Shown in pieces: positions 9,780 through 19,907 of a stretch of DNA of 64,000 nt. Made by a program: the position numbers and the translations under genes. A model generated the notes under the pieces. That model worked only from the letters and a program-made list of their open reading frames with translations. It was not told where the DNA came from and ran no database searches. How positions within the stretch are numbered: the first letter of the stretch is position 1; every line of letters begins with the position of its first letter. This DNA is from Longimicrobiales bacterium (lineage in GTDB: Bacteria; Gemmatimonadota; Gemmatimonadetes; Longimicrobiales; Gaopeijiaceae), in assembly GCA_041690395.1 (NCBI GenBank), contig JAWLHJ010000004.1:96001-160000 (forward strand), written 5' to 3'.

Positions 9780-10954
9780 GCGGTGGGAATCCTCTTGTTC
9801 ACGCGATCGGCGGCCGCACGGGCCAGCGCGCGTGCTTCTTGGTCGGCTTCGAGCACGTCGTCCACGTCGGACACCTCCATGGCGCCCACCGCTTCGACGG
9901 CTTCGGTCACGATGTCCACCATGTCCGGGAATCTAACCCGCTCGTCGAGGAAGGCCCGCACCGCGATCTCGTTCGCGGCATTGTACGCGGCTGGGGCCGC
10001 CCGGCCCCTCTTCCCCGCCTCGCAACCCAGGGTGAACAGCGGGAACGCCTCGTGGTCGATGTCCTCGAACGTCAGAGGTGATGCCCGCACCGGATCATAC
10101 GTCCGAAGCGCCGGATCGTTCACCCGGTCCGGATAGCTCAGCGCGTACATGATCGGGATCTCCATCGTCGGAAAGCCGAGTTGGGCGAGCACCGAGCCGT
10201 CCACGAACTCCACGAAGGAGTGCACGATCGACTGGGGATGCACGACGGCCTCGATGCGCTCGTACGGCAGCCCGTACAGATAATGCGCTTCGATGACCTC
10301 GAGCGCCTTGTTGGCGAGGGTGGCCGAGTCGATGGTGATCTTGGCGCCCATGTCCCACGTGGGATGCCGGAGCGCGTCGCTCGGCCGCACGGTCTCGAGC
10401 TCCTGCGCGGCTCTGCCGCGGAACGGTCCACCCGAGGCCGTCAGCACGATCCGGTGCACACGGTCGGAGGAGCACCCCTCGAGACACTGAAGGATCGCGC
10501 TGTGCTCGGAGTCGATGGGGACGATCTCCCCGCCCCCCTTCCGGCACGCATCCAGGAGGATCTCGCCTCCGGCCACGAGCGACTCCTTGTTCGCCAGGGC
10601 GAGCCGGTGTCCCGCACCCACGGCGGCGAGCGACGGCTCGAGCCCGGTGGCGCCGACGAGCGCGTTGAGCACGACGTCCACGTCGTCGCGGCGGGCCACG
10701 TCGAGGAGCGCCTCACGACCCGTATGCCAGCGCGTCGAGCCCGAGGGCCCGGTCGCGTCGGCCGGCCGATCCGCCGCCCGGTCCGCCAGGACGGCGACGT
10801 CGGGGCGGAAGGCCTCGGCCTGCTTCTCGAGCAGCTCCGAGCTACGATGCGCGGTCAGCGCGACCACCTCGAAGCGGTCCCGGTTGCGCGAGATCATCTC
10901 GAGGGCGCTCCGTCCGATGGAGCCCGTCGAGCCGAGGATGGCGACGCGGATCAT
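9776..10954 (-). CDS. dxr: 1-deoxy-D-xylulose-5-phosphate reductoisomerase
   Basis: LGSTGSIG, LANKESLV, PIDSEH, TASGGPF, HPTWDMGAKITIDSAT. Confidence 0.98.
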   Translation of the reverse strand: MIRVAILGSTGSIGRSALEMISRNRDRFEVVALTAHRSSELLEKQAEAFRPDVAVLADRAADRPADATGPSGSTRWHTGREALLDVARRDDVDVVLNALVGATGLEPSLAAVGAGHRLALANKESLVAGGEILLDACRKGGGEIVPIDSEHSAILQCLEGCSSDRVHRIVLTASGGPFRGRAAQELETVRPSDALRHPTWDMGAKITIDSATLANKALEVIEAHYLYGLPYERIEAVVHPQSIVHSFVEFVDGSVLAQLGFPTMEIPIMYALSYPDRVNDPALRTYDPVRASPLTFEDIDHEAFPLFTLGCEAGKRGRAAPAAYNAANEIAVRAFLDERVRFPDMVDIVTEAVEAVGAMEVSDVDDVLEADQEARALARAAADRVNKRIPTA

Positions 10955-11835
10955 CGTGCGGCATCCAGGAGCAGGAGGAGCCCGTAGGAGAGCGGGAGCG
11001 TAACGACCAGCGCGTCGACCCGGTCGAGCACACCGCCGTGCCCGGGCAGGAGCGTCCCGGAGTCCTTCACACCCGCATCGCGCTTCAGGACGGATTCGGC
11101 GAGGTCACCCACGATCGCGCCGACACCGATGAGGGCACCGAGCCCCGCGGCGCTCAGCACGGTGAGTGGGGCGCCGGGAAGCAGGTGAGCGACGATCAGG
11201 TACCAGACGGCCGCCCCCGCGGCCGCTCCGGCGACGCCGGCCACGGCGCCCTCCCAGCTCTTCTTCGGGCTGATGGCCGGCGCGAGCCGGCGTCGGCCCC
11301 ACGCCGAGCCGGCGAAGTAGGCCGTCGCATCACCGACCCATGTCGCCGTGAGGGGGAGCGCGACCATGGCGACCGCGCCCCACGCCTCGGTGGGCCCCGC
11401 GGACCACCCGTTCTGTCGCGGTAGCGCGTGCAGCAGCGGCACGAGCGCAAGCGCGAGGCCGGGGTAGATGGCCCCGAAGAGGGTGGTGGCGCCCGCCGCG
11501 AGCGGCTCGCCCTCCGCCCCGCGCCGGAAGGTGATCCATATCAGCACGACCAGGGCCGCAACGCCGAGAAGAACGAACGACCAGGCCGCGAAATCGCGGG
11601 GCGTGGCGCTCCAGACGGCCAGAAGCGCGAAAATGGCGGCGGTCGGCACGCCGACCCAGGCAACCGGACGGACGTTCTTGCGGCGCGCGAGCCGGTAGCA
11701 CTCGTCGGCGCCCAATGCCGAGATGACACCGATCACCGCCGCCAGCGCCCACGATCCTACATAGAGGACGACGACGACGAGCGGGACCCCGACGAGGGCC
11801 ACGGCCCATCGTCGGGAGAGCTCCTTGGCCACCAT
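10951..11835 (-). CDS. cdsA: Phosphatidate cytidylyltransferase
   Basis: Multi-TM protein; ISPKKSWEG and GDLAES.LKR..GVKDSG..LPGHGGVLDRVD. Confidence 0.96.
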   Translation of the reverse strand: MVAKELSRRWAVALVGVPLVVVVLYVGSWALAAVIGVISALGADECYRLARRKNVRPVAWVGVPTAAIFALLAVWSATPRDFAAWSFVLLGVAALVVLIWITFRRGAEGEPLAAGATTLFGAIYPGLALALVPLLHALPRQNGWSAGPTEAWGAVAMVALPLTATWVGDATAYFAGSAWGRRRLAPAISPKKSWEGAVAGVAGAAAGAAVWYLIVAHLLPGAPLTVLSAAGLGALIGVGAIVGDLAESVLKRDAGVKDSGTLLPGHGGVLDRVDALVVTLPLSYGLLLLLDAAR

Positions 11836-12386
11836 CAGATGGCCATGATCTCCTCTTCCTTCTTCTTCAGGAGCTCGTCGATCTTCTCGTTGTACTCGTT
11901 GGTCGTCTTCTCGAGCGCTTCCTCGCGACGGCGTCCCTCGTCCTCGCCGATCTCGTGCTCCTTCACCAACGCCTGGATGTCCTCGCGGACCGTCCTGCGC
12001 GCATGGCGGATCGAGATCCTCCCCTCTTCCGCCATCTTGTGCAGGAGCTTCACGTACTCCTTGCGGCGCTCCTCGTTGAGCGCGGGGATCGGCACGCGGA
12101 TCACGTTACCGTCGTTGGCAGGGTTCAGACCGAGATCGGCGGATTGGATTCCGCGCTCGATCTCGCCGATGAGGGACTTGTCGAACGGCTGGACGACGAG
12201 CAGCGTCGGCTCGGGCGTGCTCACCGTCGCGACCTGGTTCAGAGGCATCTTCGAGCCGTACGCATCGACGCGGACGGTGTCGAGGAGCGCGGGCGTGGCC
12301 TTACCGGTCCGCACCGTCGCGAACTCCCGGCGCATCGCGTCGAGCGCTTCGTCCATCCGATTCCTGGCATCCTGCACCGTCGCCAT
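11835..12386 (-). CDS. frr: Ribosome recycling factor
   Basis: VRTGKATP, DLGLNP.NDG, PALNEERRKE. Confidence 0.98.
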   Translation of the reverse strand: MATVQDARNRMDEALDAMRREFATVRTGKATPALLDTVRVDAYGSKMPLNQVATVSTPEPTLLVVQPFDKSLIGEIERGIQSADLGLNPANDGNVIRVPIPALNEERRKEYVKLLHKMAEEGRISIRHARRTVREDIQALVKEHEIGEDEGRRREEALEKTTNEYNEKIDELLKKKEEEIMAI

Positions 12387-12420
12387 TCGATTCCTCCGCT
12401 ACTGGCTGAAAAAAGCGCTT

Positions 12421-13146
12421 CTACGATACAAGCGTTCCGATGTGCTCACCACGGATCGCGCTGGCCACGGCACCTCGGTTCTCGAGATTCAGCACGATGA
12501 TCGGGAGACCGTTCTCCTTGCACAGCGATACCGCCGCGGCGTCCATGACGGCGAGCTCACGCGACATGACCTCCCGGAAGGAGATCTTGGGAATGAACTC
12601 CGCGTCGGGGTCCTTCGCAGGATCCGCGGTATAGACGCCCTGCACCTTCGTGGCCTTGATGACCACGTCGGACTCCATCTCGATCGCCCGGAGCGCGGCG
12701 GCCGTGTCGGTGGAGAAGTACGGGTTGCCCGTCCCTCCGGCGAACAGCACCACCCGGCCCAGCTCCATGTGCCGGAGCGCCCTACGCCGGATGTACGGCT
12801 CGGCGATCTCGTCCATGCGGATCGCCGTCATCACGCGTACGTCCACGTTCTTGTGCTCGAGCAGATCCTGGACCGCAAGCGCGTTGATGACCGTGGCCAG
12901 CATTCCCATGTAGTCCGCCTGGACCCGGTCCATCCCCTCTTTGGAGGCCATGGCGCCGCGGAGGATGTTGCCTCCCCCGATCACCACGCCGAGGGAGACA
13001 CCCATCGCCACGACGGAGCGGATCTCGTCGGTGAGCTGGTCGACGACGGAGGGCTCGAGCCCGAAGCCCTTGCCACCGGCGAGCGCCTCTCCCGACAGCT
13101 TTAGAAGCACGCGTTTGTACCGCAGCTCTTCACCGCCTTCGCTCAT
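12421..13146 (-). CDS. pyrH: UMP kinase
   Basis: KRVLLKLSGEAL, IGGGN, DYMGMLAT, GNPYFSTD; start set at ATG 13146 with GGAG upstream. Confidence 0.97.
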   Translation of the reverse strand: MSEGGEELRYKRVLLKLSGEALAGGKGFGLEPSVVDQLTDEIRSVVAMGVSLGVVIGGGNILRGAMASKEGMDRVQADYMGMLATVINALAVQDLLEHKNVDVRVMTAIRMDEIAEPYIRRRALRHMELGRVVLFAGGTGNPYFSTDTAAALRAIEMESDVVIKATKVQGVYTADPAKDPDAEFIPKISFREVMSRELAVMDAAAVSLCKENGLPIIVLNLENRGAVASAIRGEHIGTLVS

Positions 13147-13192
13147 GCCGACTCCCGCCTGAATTTGTGTTCGACGTGTACGCGCCCCGGAC

Positions 13193-13789
13193 TCAGGAGA
13201 TCTCGCCGACCTTGAAGCGCGCGAACCGGGCAACCTCGATCTTCTCGCCGGTCTTCGCGGAAACCTCCGTGATGAGCTCTTCGATCGTCTTGTCCGGGTC
13301 CTTCACGAAGGGCTGCGCAAGAAGCGTGCTCTCCTTGAAGAACTTCTGGAGCTTCCCTTCGACGATCTTCTCCCACATGGCCTCCGGCTTCCCCTCTTCC
13401 TTCACGGTCTCGAGGAAGACGCTCCGCTCGCGCTCGACGACGTCGGCCGGGATCTCGTCCTTGGAGACACCCAACGGGGCCGAGGAGGCGATGTGGAGGG
13501 CCAGGTCCTTGGCCAACCCCTTGAAGGCGTCGGTGTTGGCGACGAAGTCGGTCTCGCAGTTCAACTCGACGATGACGGCCGTCTTGTCGTCGAAATGCAC
13601 GTAACTACCGATGGTCCCTTCGTTCGCCGACTTGTCCGCACGTTTCGCGGCCTTCGCGGCACCCTTGGCGCGCAGCAGGTCGACCGCCTTCTCGATGTCA
13701 CCCCCGGTCTCCGTGAGGGCCTTCTTGCAGTCCATCATCCCCGCGCCGGTCATGTCGCGGAGCTTCTTGACGTCTTTGGCGTTGATCAT
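13193..13789 (-). CDS. tsf: Elongation factor Ts (short form)
   Basis: VKKLRDMTGAGMMDCKKAL, ELNCETDFVA. Confidence 0.98.
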   Translation of the reverse strand: MINAKDVKKLRDMTGAGMMDCKKALTETGGDIEKAVDLLRAKGAAKAAKRADKSANEGTIGSYVHFDDKTAVIVELNCETDFVANTDAFKGLAKDLALHIASSAPLGVSKDEIPADVVERERSVFLETVKEEGKPEAMWEKIVEGKLQKFFKESTLLAQPFVKDPDKTIEELITEVSAKTGEKIEVARFARFKVGEIS

Positions 13790-13848
13790 GCTCGCTCGCT
13801 CACCGTGCTTCTATCGTTAGTGGATCCGGCCTCACGACCGTGATCGTG

Positions 13849-13891
13849 AAAAGAGGCGGCGGAGACGGAAGACCCGTCCTCTGCCGCCTCT
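13849..13891 (-). terminator. Intrinsic terminator/attenuator between rpsB and tsf
   Basis: Long GC stem GAGGCGGCAGAGGACGG/CCGTCTCCGCCGCCTC followed by TTTT on the minus strand. Confidence 0.7.
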
Positions 13892-13950
13892 CACCGTCCC
13901 CGAGGGGACGTCAACGGCACCCGATGACGCTTGCCACCGGGCGACCGGCC

Positions 13951-14979
13951 TCAACCCTCCGAGTCCTCCGAATCGTCGTCGCCCTCGTCTTCGTCTTCGG
14001 GCTCCGGCGCCTTCGCGGCCTTCTTCTTCGACTTGGCCTTGGGCTCCTCGGCAGCGCTCTGGTCCTGCTCGGCCGACGACTCCTCGGCCTCGTCCGTGGC
14101 GGACTCGTCCCCGTCGTCCTCCGCAGCCGCCTCGCCACCCTCCTCGTCCTTCAGACGCTGGGCGATGACCTCGGGCTTCGGCCGCCGCTTCCGCTTGGGC
14201 CGCCGCTTCGGACGCTCCTTCTCGGTCGTCTCACCGGTCTCGGTGGAGTACGTCGTGGCCTCGAGATCCTCGGTACGACGGCGGTCCTCCTCCGGGACTT
14301 CCTTCCGGGCCGTCTCGATCGCATCGGCCATGGCCTTCGCGATCAGGCTGACGGAGCGGATGGCGTCGTCGTTGCCCGGAATCGGATAGTCGATCAGGTC
14401 CGGGTCCGCGTTCGTGTCGGCGATCGCGATGATCGGGATCCCGAGGCGGGAAGCCTCACGGACCGCGATCGTCTCGCGCTTCGCGTCGACCACGAAGACC
14501 GCACCCGGCAGGCGTCCCATGTCCTTCACGCCGGCGAGGTACTTGTCGAGCTTCGTGCGCTCGCGGTCGAGCATGAGGCGCTCTTTCTTCGTGTAGAACT
14601 CGAAGGCACCCTCCTCCTGGCCGCGCTCGAGCTCCTTCAGACGCCGGATCTGCTTCCGGATGGTCTGGAAGTTCGTGAGCATGCCGCCGAGCCAACGCTC
14701 GGTGACGTAGTACGAGCCGCTGCGCTGCGCCTCCACCTCGACGACTCCGCGAAGCTGCTTCTTCGTGCAGACGAAGAGGACGCGCTCGCCTCGGAGGGCG
14801 ACCTCGCGCACCGCCTGCTGAGCGGCCTCGAGCCGGTCGAGCGTCTTGCGGAGGTCGATGATGTGGATGCCGTTCCGCTGGGTGAAGATGAAGGGCTTCA
14901 TCTTCGGGTTCCAACGACGGGTCTGGTGGCCGAAGTGTACGCCGGCCTCCAGAAGCTGGTCGAGACCTACTTCCGACAT
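13951..14979 (-). CDS. rpsB: 30S ribosomal protein uS2 with long charged C-terminal tail
   Basis: [11 protein letters not shown]...[24 protein letters not shown]; start taken at ATG 14979. Confidence 0.98.
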   Translation of the reverse strand: MSEVGLDQLLEAGVHFGHQTRRWNPKMKPFIFTQRNGIHIIDLRKTLDRLEAAQQAVREVALRGERVLFVCTKKQLRGVVEVEAQRSGSYYVTERWLGGMLTNFQTIRKQIRRLKELERGQEEGAFEFYTKKERLMLDRERTKLDKYLAGVKDMGRLPGAVFVVDAKRETIAVREASRLGIPIIAIADTNADPDLIDYPIPGNDDAIRSVSLIAKAMADAIETARKEVPEEDRRRTEDLEATTYSTETGETTEKERPKRRPKRKRRPKPEVIAQRLKDEEGGEAAAEDDGDESATDEAEESSAEQDQSAAEEPKAKSKKKAAKAPEPEDEDEGDDDSEDSEG

Positions 14980-15053
14980 GTGTTCTTTCTCTTTCATTGG
15001 GGCCGATGTACGCCCCGGTCAGGATTTCGACGCGGCGAGCCGCGCCGTACGGA

Positions 15054-15452
15054 TCAACGCTTGGAGAACTGGAACCGCTTGCGGGCCTTCGGACGGCCGG
15101 GCTTCTTACGCTCGACCTGGCGCGGGTCACGGGTCAGCATGCCCTTCTGGCGCAGCGTGGGACGAGTCTCCTCGTCATGCTCCACGATCGCGCGGGAGAG
15201 GCCCATGCGGACGGCGTCGCACTGTCCGGTGAGTCCGCCGCCGTTCACGCGCACGAAGACGTCGAACTGACCCTCGAGCTCGGTCACCTTCAGCGGCTCG
15301 GCGAGCCGGATCTGGTGAGTGGGGCGCGGGAAATAATCGGTGAGCGTGCGGCCGTTGACCGTCCACTCACCCTTTCCGGGGCGCAGGATGATGCGGGCGA
15401 CCGAGGTCTTCCGGCGTCCGACCGTCTGAATCTGTCCTTCGTGGTTCGCCAT
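15054..15452 (-). CDS. rpsI: 30S ribosomal protein uS9
   Basis: GRRKTSVAR, GGGLTGQ, ERKKPG...QFSKR. Confidence 0.99.
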   Translation of the reverse strand: MANHEGQIQTVGRRKTSVARIILRPGKGEWTVNGRTLTDYFPRPTHQIRLAEPLKVTELEGQFDVFVRVNGGGLTGQCDAVRMGLSRAIVEHDEETRPTLRQKGMLTRDPRQVERKKPGRPKARKRFQFSKR

Positions 15453-15466
15453 GTGCTGTCGATCCC

Positions 15467-15895
15467 TCAGATGTCCAGGGGCTCGGGCCGCTGGCCCTGA
15501 TGAGGATGCTCCGTGCCCGCGTAAACCTTCAGCTTCTTCCGGAGCTGCCGCCCCAACGCGTTCTTGGGCAACATGCCCTTGACCGCCAGCTCGATCACCC
15601 GCTCGGGGTGCGTGGCGATCATTCGCTTGAAGGGGATGTGCTGCTCACCGCCCATGTAGCCGGAATGCCGGAAGTACGTCTTCTGCTCGGCCTTGCGACC
15701 GGTCAGACGCACCTGTTCGGCATTCACGACGACCACGTTGTCACCCGTGTCGAGGTGAGGCGTGTACATGGGCTTGTGCTTCCCACGAATGACGCGGGCG
15801 ATCTCGGTCGCCAGGCGCCCGAGGGGCTTGTCTGCCGCGTCCACGAGCCACCACTTGTGCTCGATGTCGTCGGCTTTGGGAGTATACGTCTTCAT
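15467..15895 (-). CDS. rplM: 50S ribosomal protein uL13
   Basis: WWLVDA...[23 protein letters not shown]. Confidence 0.99.
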   Translation of the reverse strand: MKTYTPKADDIEHKWWLVDAADKPLGRLATEIARVIRGKHKPMYTPHLDTGDNVVVVNAEQVRLTGRKAEQKTYFRHSGYMGGEQHIPFKRMIATHPERVIELAVKGMLPKNALGRQLRKKLKVYAGTEHPHQGQRPEPLDI

Positions 15896-15940
15896 ACCCG
15901 CGATTCTGCAGAGATTGGCGGTTCCGGAATGGAGCTATCA

Positions 15941-15969
15941 AGGATAGTCCTGAGCACAGGGGGTGTCAA
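15941..15969 (-). promoter_or_regulatory. sigma70 promoter of the rplM-rpsI-rpsB operon
   Basis: Minus strand TTGACA-17 nt-TATCCT, 45 nt upstream of the rplM ATG. Confidence 0.8.
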
Positions 15970-16007
15970 CCGACCCTGAGCCGTCCAACAGGGTCCCGGA
16001 CGGGCGC

Positions 16008-16859
16008 TCAGCGGAACGTCTCGAGGAACCTCGCCCGTGACTTGTGCCGGAGCCGGACGAGCGCCTTCTCCTTGATCTGGCGCACCCGCTCGCGCGTGAT
16101 GCCCAGCAGGTCCCCGATCTCCTCGAGCGTCATCGGGTCCTGGTCGTCGAGCCCGAAGTACAGGCGGAGGATCTTGGACTCGCGCTCCTTGAGGGAGGCG
16201 AGCGCCTCCTCGACCGTCTGCTTGAGCGCATGCTCGAAGACCTCCTCCTCCGGGCCGGGGCCGTACTGGTCCGGAAGGTAGTCCAGGAGGCGGCTGTCCT
16301 CGCCCGGGGCCATGGGTGCGTCGAGCGACAGGTGCGAGTGCGAGATCGCCAGGGTGCGCTCGACTTCCTCCTTCGAGATGTCCAGCCCCTCGGCGATCTC
16401 CTGCACCGTGGGCTCCCGACCGAGCTCCTGGAGCAGCGTGGAGGATTGGCGCCCGATCCGGTGAAGGGCTCCGGCGCGGTTGAGCGGCACACGCACGATC
16501 CGGCTCTGTTCGGCCAGGGCCTGGAGGATCGCCTGCCGGATCCACCAGACGGCATAGCTGATGAACTTGATGCCCTTGCTCTCGTCGAACTTGTGGGCCG
16601 CGCGAATCAGGCCGGTGTTCCCCTCGTTGATGAGGTCCGACAGCGGCACGCCCTGATTCTGGTATTTCTTCGCGACGGAAACGACGAATCGGAGGTTCGA
16701 GCGCACGAGCTTGTCGAGCGCCTCGCCCTCGCCCTTGCGGATGAGCTTCGCGAGGCGTGCCTCCTCGGCGCGGTCGATCAACGGGTACTGGCTGATCTCC
16801 TTGAGGTACTGGTCGAGCGACCCGTCCCTCGCCGTGCCCTTCCGGGGAGAGAAGCTCAT
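16008..16859 (-). CDS. RNA polymerase sigma70-family factor, RpoD/SigA-like, lacking region 1.1
   Basis: LDQYLKEI, NLRFVVSVAKKY, KFISYAVWWIRQ, TLEEIG...TRERVRQI. Confidence 0.93.
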   Translation of the reverse strand: MSFSPRKGTARDGSLDQYLKEISQYPLIDRAEEARLAKLIRKGEGEALDKLVRSNLRFVVSVAKKYQNQGVPLSDLINEGNTGLIRAAHKFDESKGIKFISYAVWWIRQAILQALAEQSRIVRVPLNRAGALHRIGRQSSTLLQELGREPTVQEIAEGLDISKEEVERTLAISHSHLSLDAPMAPGEDSRLLDYLPDQYGPGPEEEVFEHALKQTVEEALASLKERESKILRLYFGLDDQDPMTLEEIGDLLGITRERVRQIKEKALVRLRHKSRARFLETFR

Positions 16860-16892
16860 GCGGTCACCGCTGCCTCGGGTATCGGACGGTCC

Positions 16893-17639
16893 TCAGTGGA
16901 TCGGCGCTCCCAGCCTGGTCCAGCGTATACTCTGAAGCCAGGCGAGTCTGGAATCCGTAACGGGCTCGAATGAATAGTACACCCGCCAGGGCTTTCCGCG
17001 AATCCGCTCGCGCGCCACGAAGCCCCAGTAGCGCGAGTCCTCGCTGTTGTCGCGGTTGTCCCCGAGCACGAAGTACCGCCCCACCGGCACCACGATGGGC
17101 CCCCAGTTGTCGCGGGTCGGCTCGTACCGGCTCCGGGTGTTGGCGATCAGGTGGTTCGACTGCCATCTCATGTCCGGGTGGACGGCGTCCCCCCTCCGAT
17201 CGACGTACCGGGCGTACGGCTCGTCGACGGGGTCGCCGTTCCGGAAGAGTCTCTTGTCCCGCATCTCGAGCGTGTCGAGCGGCATACCGACGATCCGCTT
17301 CACGTAGTTCTTCTCTGGCTCGTGGGGCGGGTGGAAGACGACCACGTCACCCCACTCCGGATCGGCGAAGCCGGGGATGCGGATACCGAGGCCGGGCACG
17401 GTGGTCCCGAAGATGGCCTTGTTGACCAGAAGGAAGTCGCCGACGAGGAGGGTCCCTTCCATCGATCCGGTCGGGATCTTGAAGGCCTCGACGACCGCGG
17501 CCCGGACGACCAGGAAAAGCACGAGCGCGACGACCACGGAGCGGAGCCAATCGACGATGCCTCGCGCGACCGCTGCCGACCTCGAGGTCGGTCCGCGACC
17601 CTGGGGGCCCACTTCAGACCCTGTCTCTGGTTCCCGCAT
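16893..17639 (-). CDS. lepB: Signal peptidase I
   Basis: TM helix then IPTGSM (Ser), YVKR (Lys), GDNRDNSEDSRYWG; start at ATG 17639. Confidence 0.95.
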   Translation of the reverse strand: MREPETGSEVGPQGRGPTSRSAAVARGIVDWLRSVVVALVLFLVVRAAVVEAFKIPTGSMEGTLLVGDFLLVNKAIFGTTVPGLGIRIPGFADPEWGDVVVFHPPHEPEKNYVKRIVGMPLDTLEMRDKRLFRNGDPVDEPYARYVDRRGDAVHPDMRWQSNHLIANTRSRYEPTRDNWGPIVVPVGRYFVLGDNRDNSEDSRYWGFVARERIRGKPWRVYYSFEPVTDSRLAWLQSIRWTRLGAPIH

Positions 17640-17751
17640 CGCTCCCCGCCGGACCGATGGTGGTGTGCGCCGACTGCTTTCGTCACTTCGGCATCGAATA
17701 TAGCCTGTACTGTCCACCTCGAGAGAAGGTCCCACCCGTCGCCCACGCACG

Positions 17752-18480
17752 ATGCGCTCCCGAACGACGATCGTCCTCCTGTGCGCCCTGCTGGTGGGGA
17801 TCGCGCTCACCCGGGCCCGTGATCCCGACGGTGGGCGCGTCGGCGCGGCGGGCCCCGTTTCGCCGTCACCGGCCGCCGCGTCGGGATCCGGGTCGGAGGC
17901 GGGCCCAGGCCCGCTCCCCTGCCCCACGGGAGGTTACCTGTGCGCGACCCCGAGCGAGCTCGGGGAGTTCCGGATCCGCCGCTGGACGAGGGACGTCGGA
18001 ACGCTCGTGATCCACGTGCCCGAGCCCGCGTCCGAGCCGCCGGCCCGGGCCCGGCTCCTCCAAAGCGCGGCCGCGGCCGGTGTGCGGGCCTGGAACGGAC
18101 ACCCCTACCCGGTCCGTGTGGATCTTCGCACGGCGGAGGAGGCGCATTTCTCGATTCGCTGGTCGACCGGGTTGGGTGGGCGCATCGTAGGCGCGGCACG
18201 AACCAGTTGGGCGCCGGGAGAAGGGCTGGCCGTTGCGACCATCGAGCTGGTGACGCGGAGCCCGTTCGACCCCGACCGCCCGGTCGAGCCGGAGCGCGTC
18301 CGACTGACGGCCGCGCACGAGATGGGCCACGCGCTCGGGCTACCCCACAGCGACTCCCCACGCGACGTGATGTATCCGGAGAACACCGCGGCGTCGTTGA
18401 GCGCGCGGGACTACCGGTCCATGGAGAGCCTGTACGCCCTCCCCGACGGGTCGATCCTGTCCATGCGTCCCGGAGGCTGA
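17752..18480 (+). CDS. Matrixin-family (M10-like) zinc metalloprotease, exported or membrane-anchored
   Basis: HEMGHALGLPH zinc motif, DVMYP Met-turn, N-terminal hydrophobic segment. Confidence 0.88.
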   Translation: MRSRTTIVLLCALLVGIALTRARDPDGGRVGAAGPVSPSPAAASGSGSEAGPGPLPCPTGGYLCATPSELGEFRIRRWTRDVGTLVIHVPEPASEPPARARLLQSAAAAGVRAWNGHPYPVRVDLRTAEEAHFSIRWSTGLGGRIVGAARTSWAPGEGLAVATIELVTRSPFDPDRPVEPERVRLTAAHEMGHALGLPHSDSPRDVMYPENTAASLSARDYRSMESLYALPDGSILSMRPGG

Positions 18481-18545
18481 GCCGAACTTCGCTCCGCGGC
18501 CGGCCGCTACCGGGCGGCGGCGGCGACGGGCGCTCGGGGACTCGC

Positions 18546-19907
18546 TCAGTCTTCCCGGACGAGCCCGTACTTCTCGATCTTCTTGTAGAGATTCGAGCGG
18601 GGCATATCGATCCGACGCGCGGTCTCGGCCACGTTCCAGTCGTTCTCCCGCAGCTTCTGGAGGATGAAGGCCCGCTCGGCCACATCCTTGAAGTCCTGGA
18701 ACGTGTCCGCCCCGAGGAGCCCGGCGCCCCATCCCCCGCCCTTGCCACGCCCCGGGGTCAGGAGGTCCACGTCCGCCGCGGCGACGACGTCCCCGGGCGC
18801 GAGGATCAGCAGCCGTTCGACCGCGTTGCGGAGCTCACGGACGTTCCCTTGCCACGTCAGCTCCTTGAGCCGCTCGACCGCCTCCGGCGCGAAGGCCCGG
18901 GGCGTCATGCCGTCGCGCTTCGCCATCAGCTCGGTGAAGTGCTCGACCAGCATGGGGATGTCCTCCCTTCGCTCGCGCAGCGGTGGGATGACGATCGGCA
19001 CCACGTTCAGCCGGTAGAACAGGTCCTCCCGGAAGCTCCCTTCCTCGATCTCTCGGGCGAGGTCCTTGTTCGTCGCCGCGATCACGCGCACGTCGACCTC
19101 GATGGCCTTCGAGCCCCCCACGCGCGTGATCACGCCCTGTTCGAGCGCGCGGAGCACCTTCGCCTGCGCGTCGAGCGACATGTCGCCGACCTCGTCCAGG
19201 AAGAGCGTCCCTCCGTCGGCCTGCTCGAACTTCCCGGCCTGGTCGGCAACCGCGCCAGTGAACGACCCCTTCACATGCCCGAAGAGCGCCGATTCGATGA
19301 GCTCGGTCGGGATGGCCGCGCAATTCACCTCCACGAAGGGGCGGTCAGCCCGACCCGACAACCGATGGACCGCCCTCGCCACGAGCTCTTTTCCGGTGCC
19401 GTTTTCCCCGGTCACGAGCACGCGGGCCTCGGTGGGCGCCACCCGCTCGACGCGCTCGAGCACTTGCTCGATGGCCCGCGAGGACCCCACGAGGCGGTAC
19501 CGGCTCTCCACCTGGTTGCGAAGGTCGGCCACGCTCTCCGTGAGCCCCTTCAGCTCGAGGGCACGCTTGAGCGTCACCAGCAGCCGGTCGGTGTCGAGCG
19601 GCTTCTCCAGGAAGTCGTAGGCCCCACTGCGGGTGGCCTGGACCGCCGTGTCGATGGTGCCATGCCCCGAGATCATCACGACGACCGCGCCCGGCTGCTC
19701 GTCCCGGATCCGAGACAGCGCCTCGAGGCCGTCCATTCCGGGCATCTTCACGTCGAGGAACGTCACGTCGGGCCGGAAGGTCCGGACCGCGTCGATCCCG
19801 TCCGGCGCGTCCTCGCACGCGAGGGTCTCGTGCCCCTCGTACTCGAACAGTTGGACCAGCGCGTCGCGGATCCCCTTCTCGTCGTCGACGACCAGCAGCC
19901 TCGCCAT
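18546..19907 (-). CDS. Sigma54-dependent response regulator (NtrC/NtrX family)
   Basis: Receiver with ISGHG; AAA+ GENGTGKE, GSFTGA, FLDEVG, FREDLFYRL; Fis-type HTH. Confidence 0.95.
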   Translation of the reverse strand: MARLLVVDDEKGIRDALVQLFEYEGHETLACEDAPDGIDAVRTFRPDVTFLDVKMPGMDGLEALSRIRDEQPGAVVVMISGHGTIDTAVQATRSGAYDFLEKPLDTDRLLVTLKRALELKGLTESVADLRNQVESRYRLVGSSRAIEQVLERVERVAPTEARVLVTGENGTGKELVARAVHRLSGRADRPFVEVNCAAIPTELIESALFGHVKGSFTGAVADQAGKFEQADGGTLFLDEVGDMSLDAQAKVLRALEQGVITRVGGSKAIEVDVRVIAATNKDLAREIEEGSFREDLFYRLNVVPIVIPPLRERREDIPMLVEHFTELMAKRDGMTPRAFAPEAVERLKELTWQGNVRELRNAVERLLILAPGDVVAAADVDLLTPGRGKGGGWGAGLLGADTFQDFKDVAERAFILQKLRENDWNVAETARRIDMPRSNLYKKIEKYGLVRED

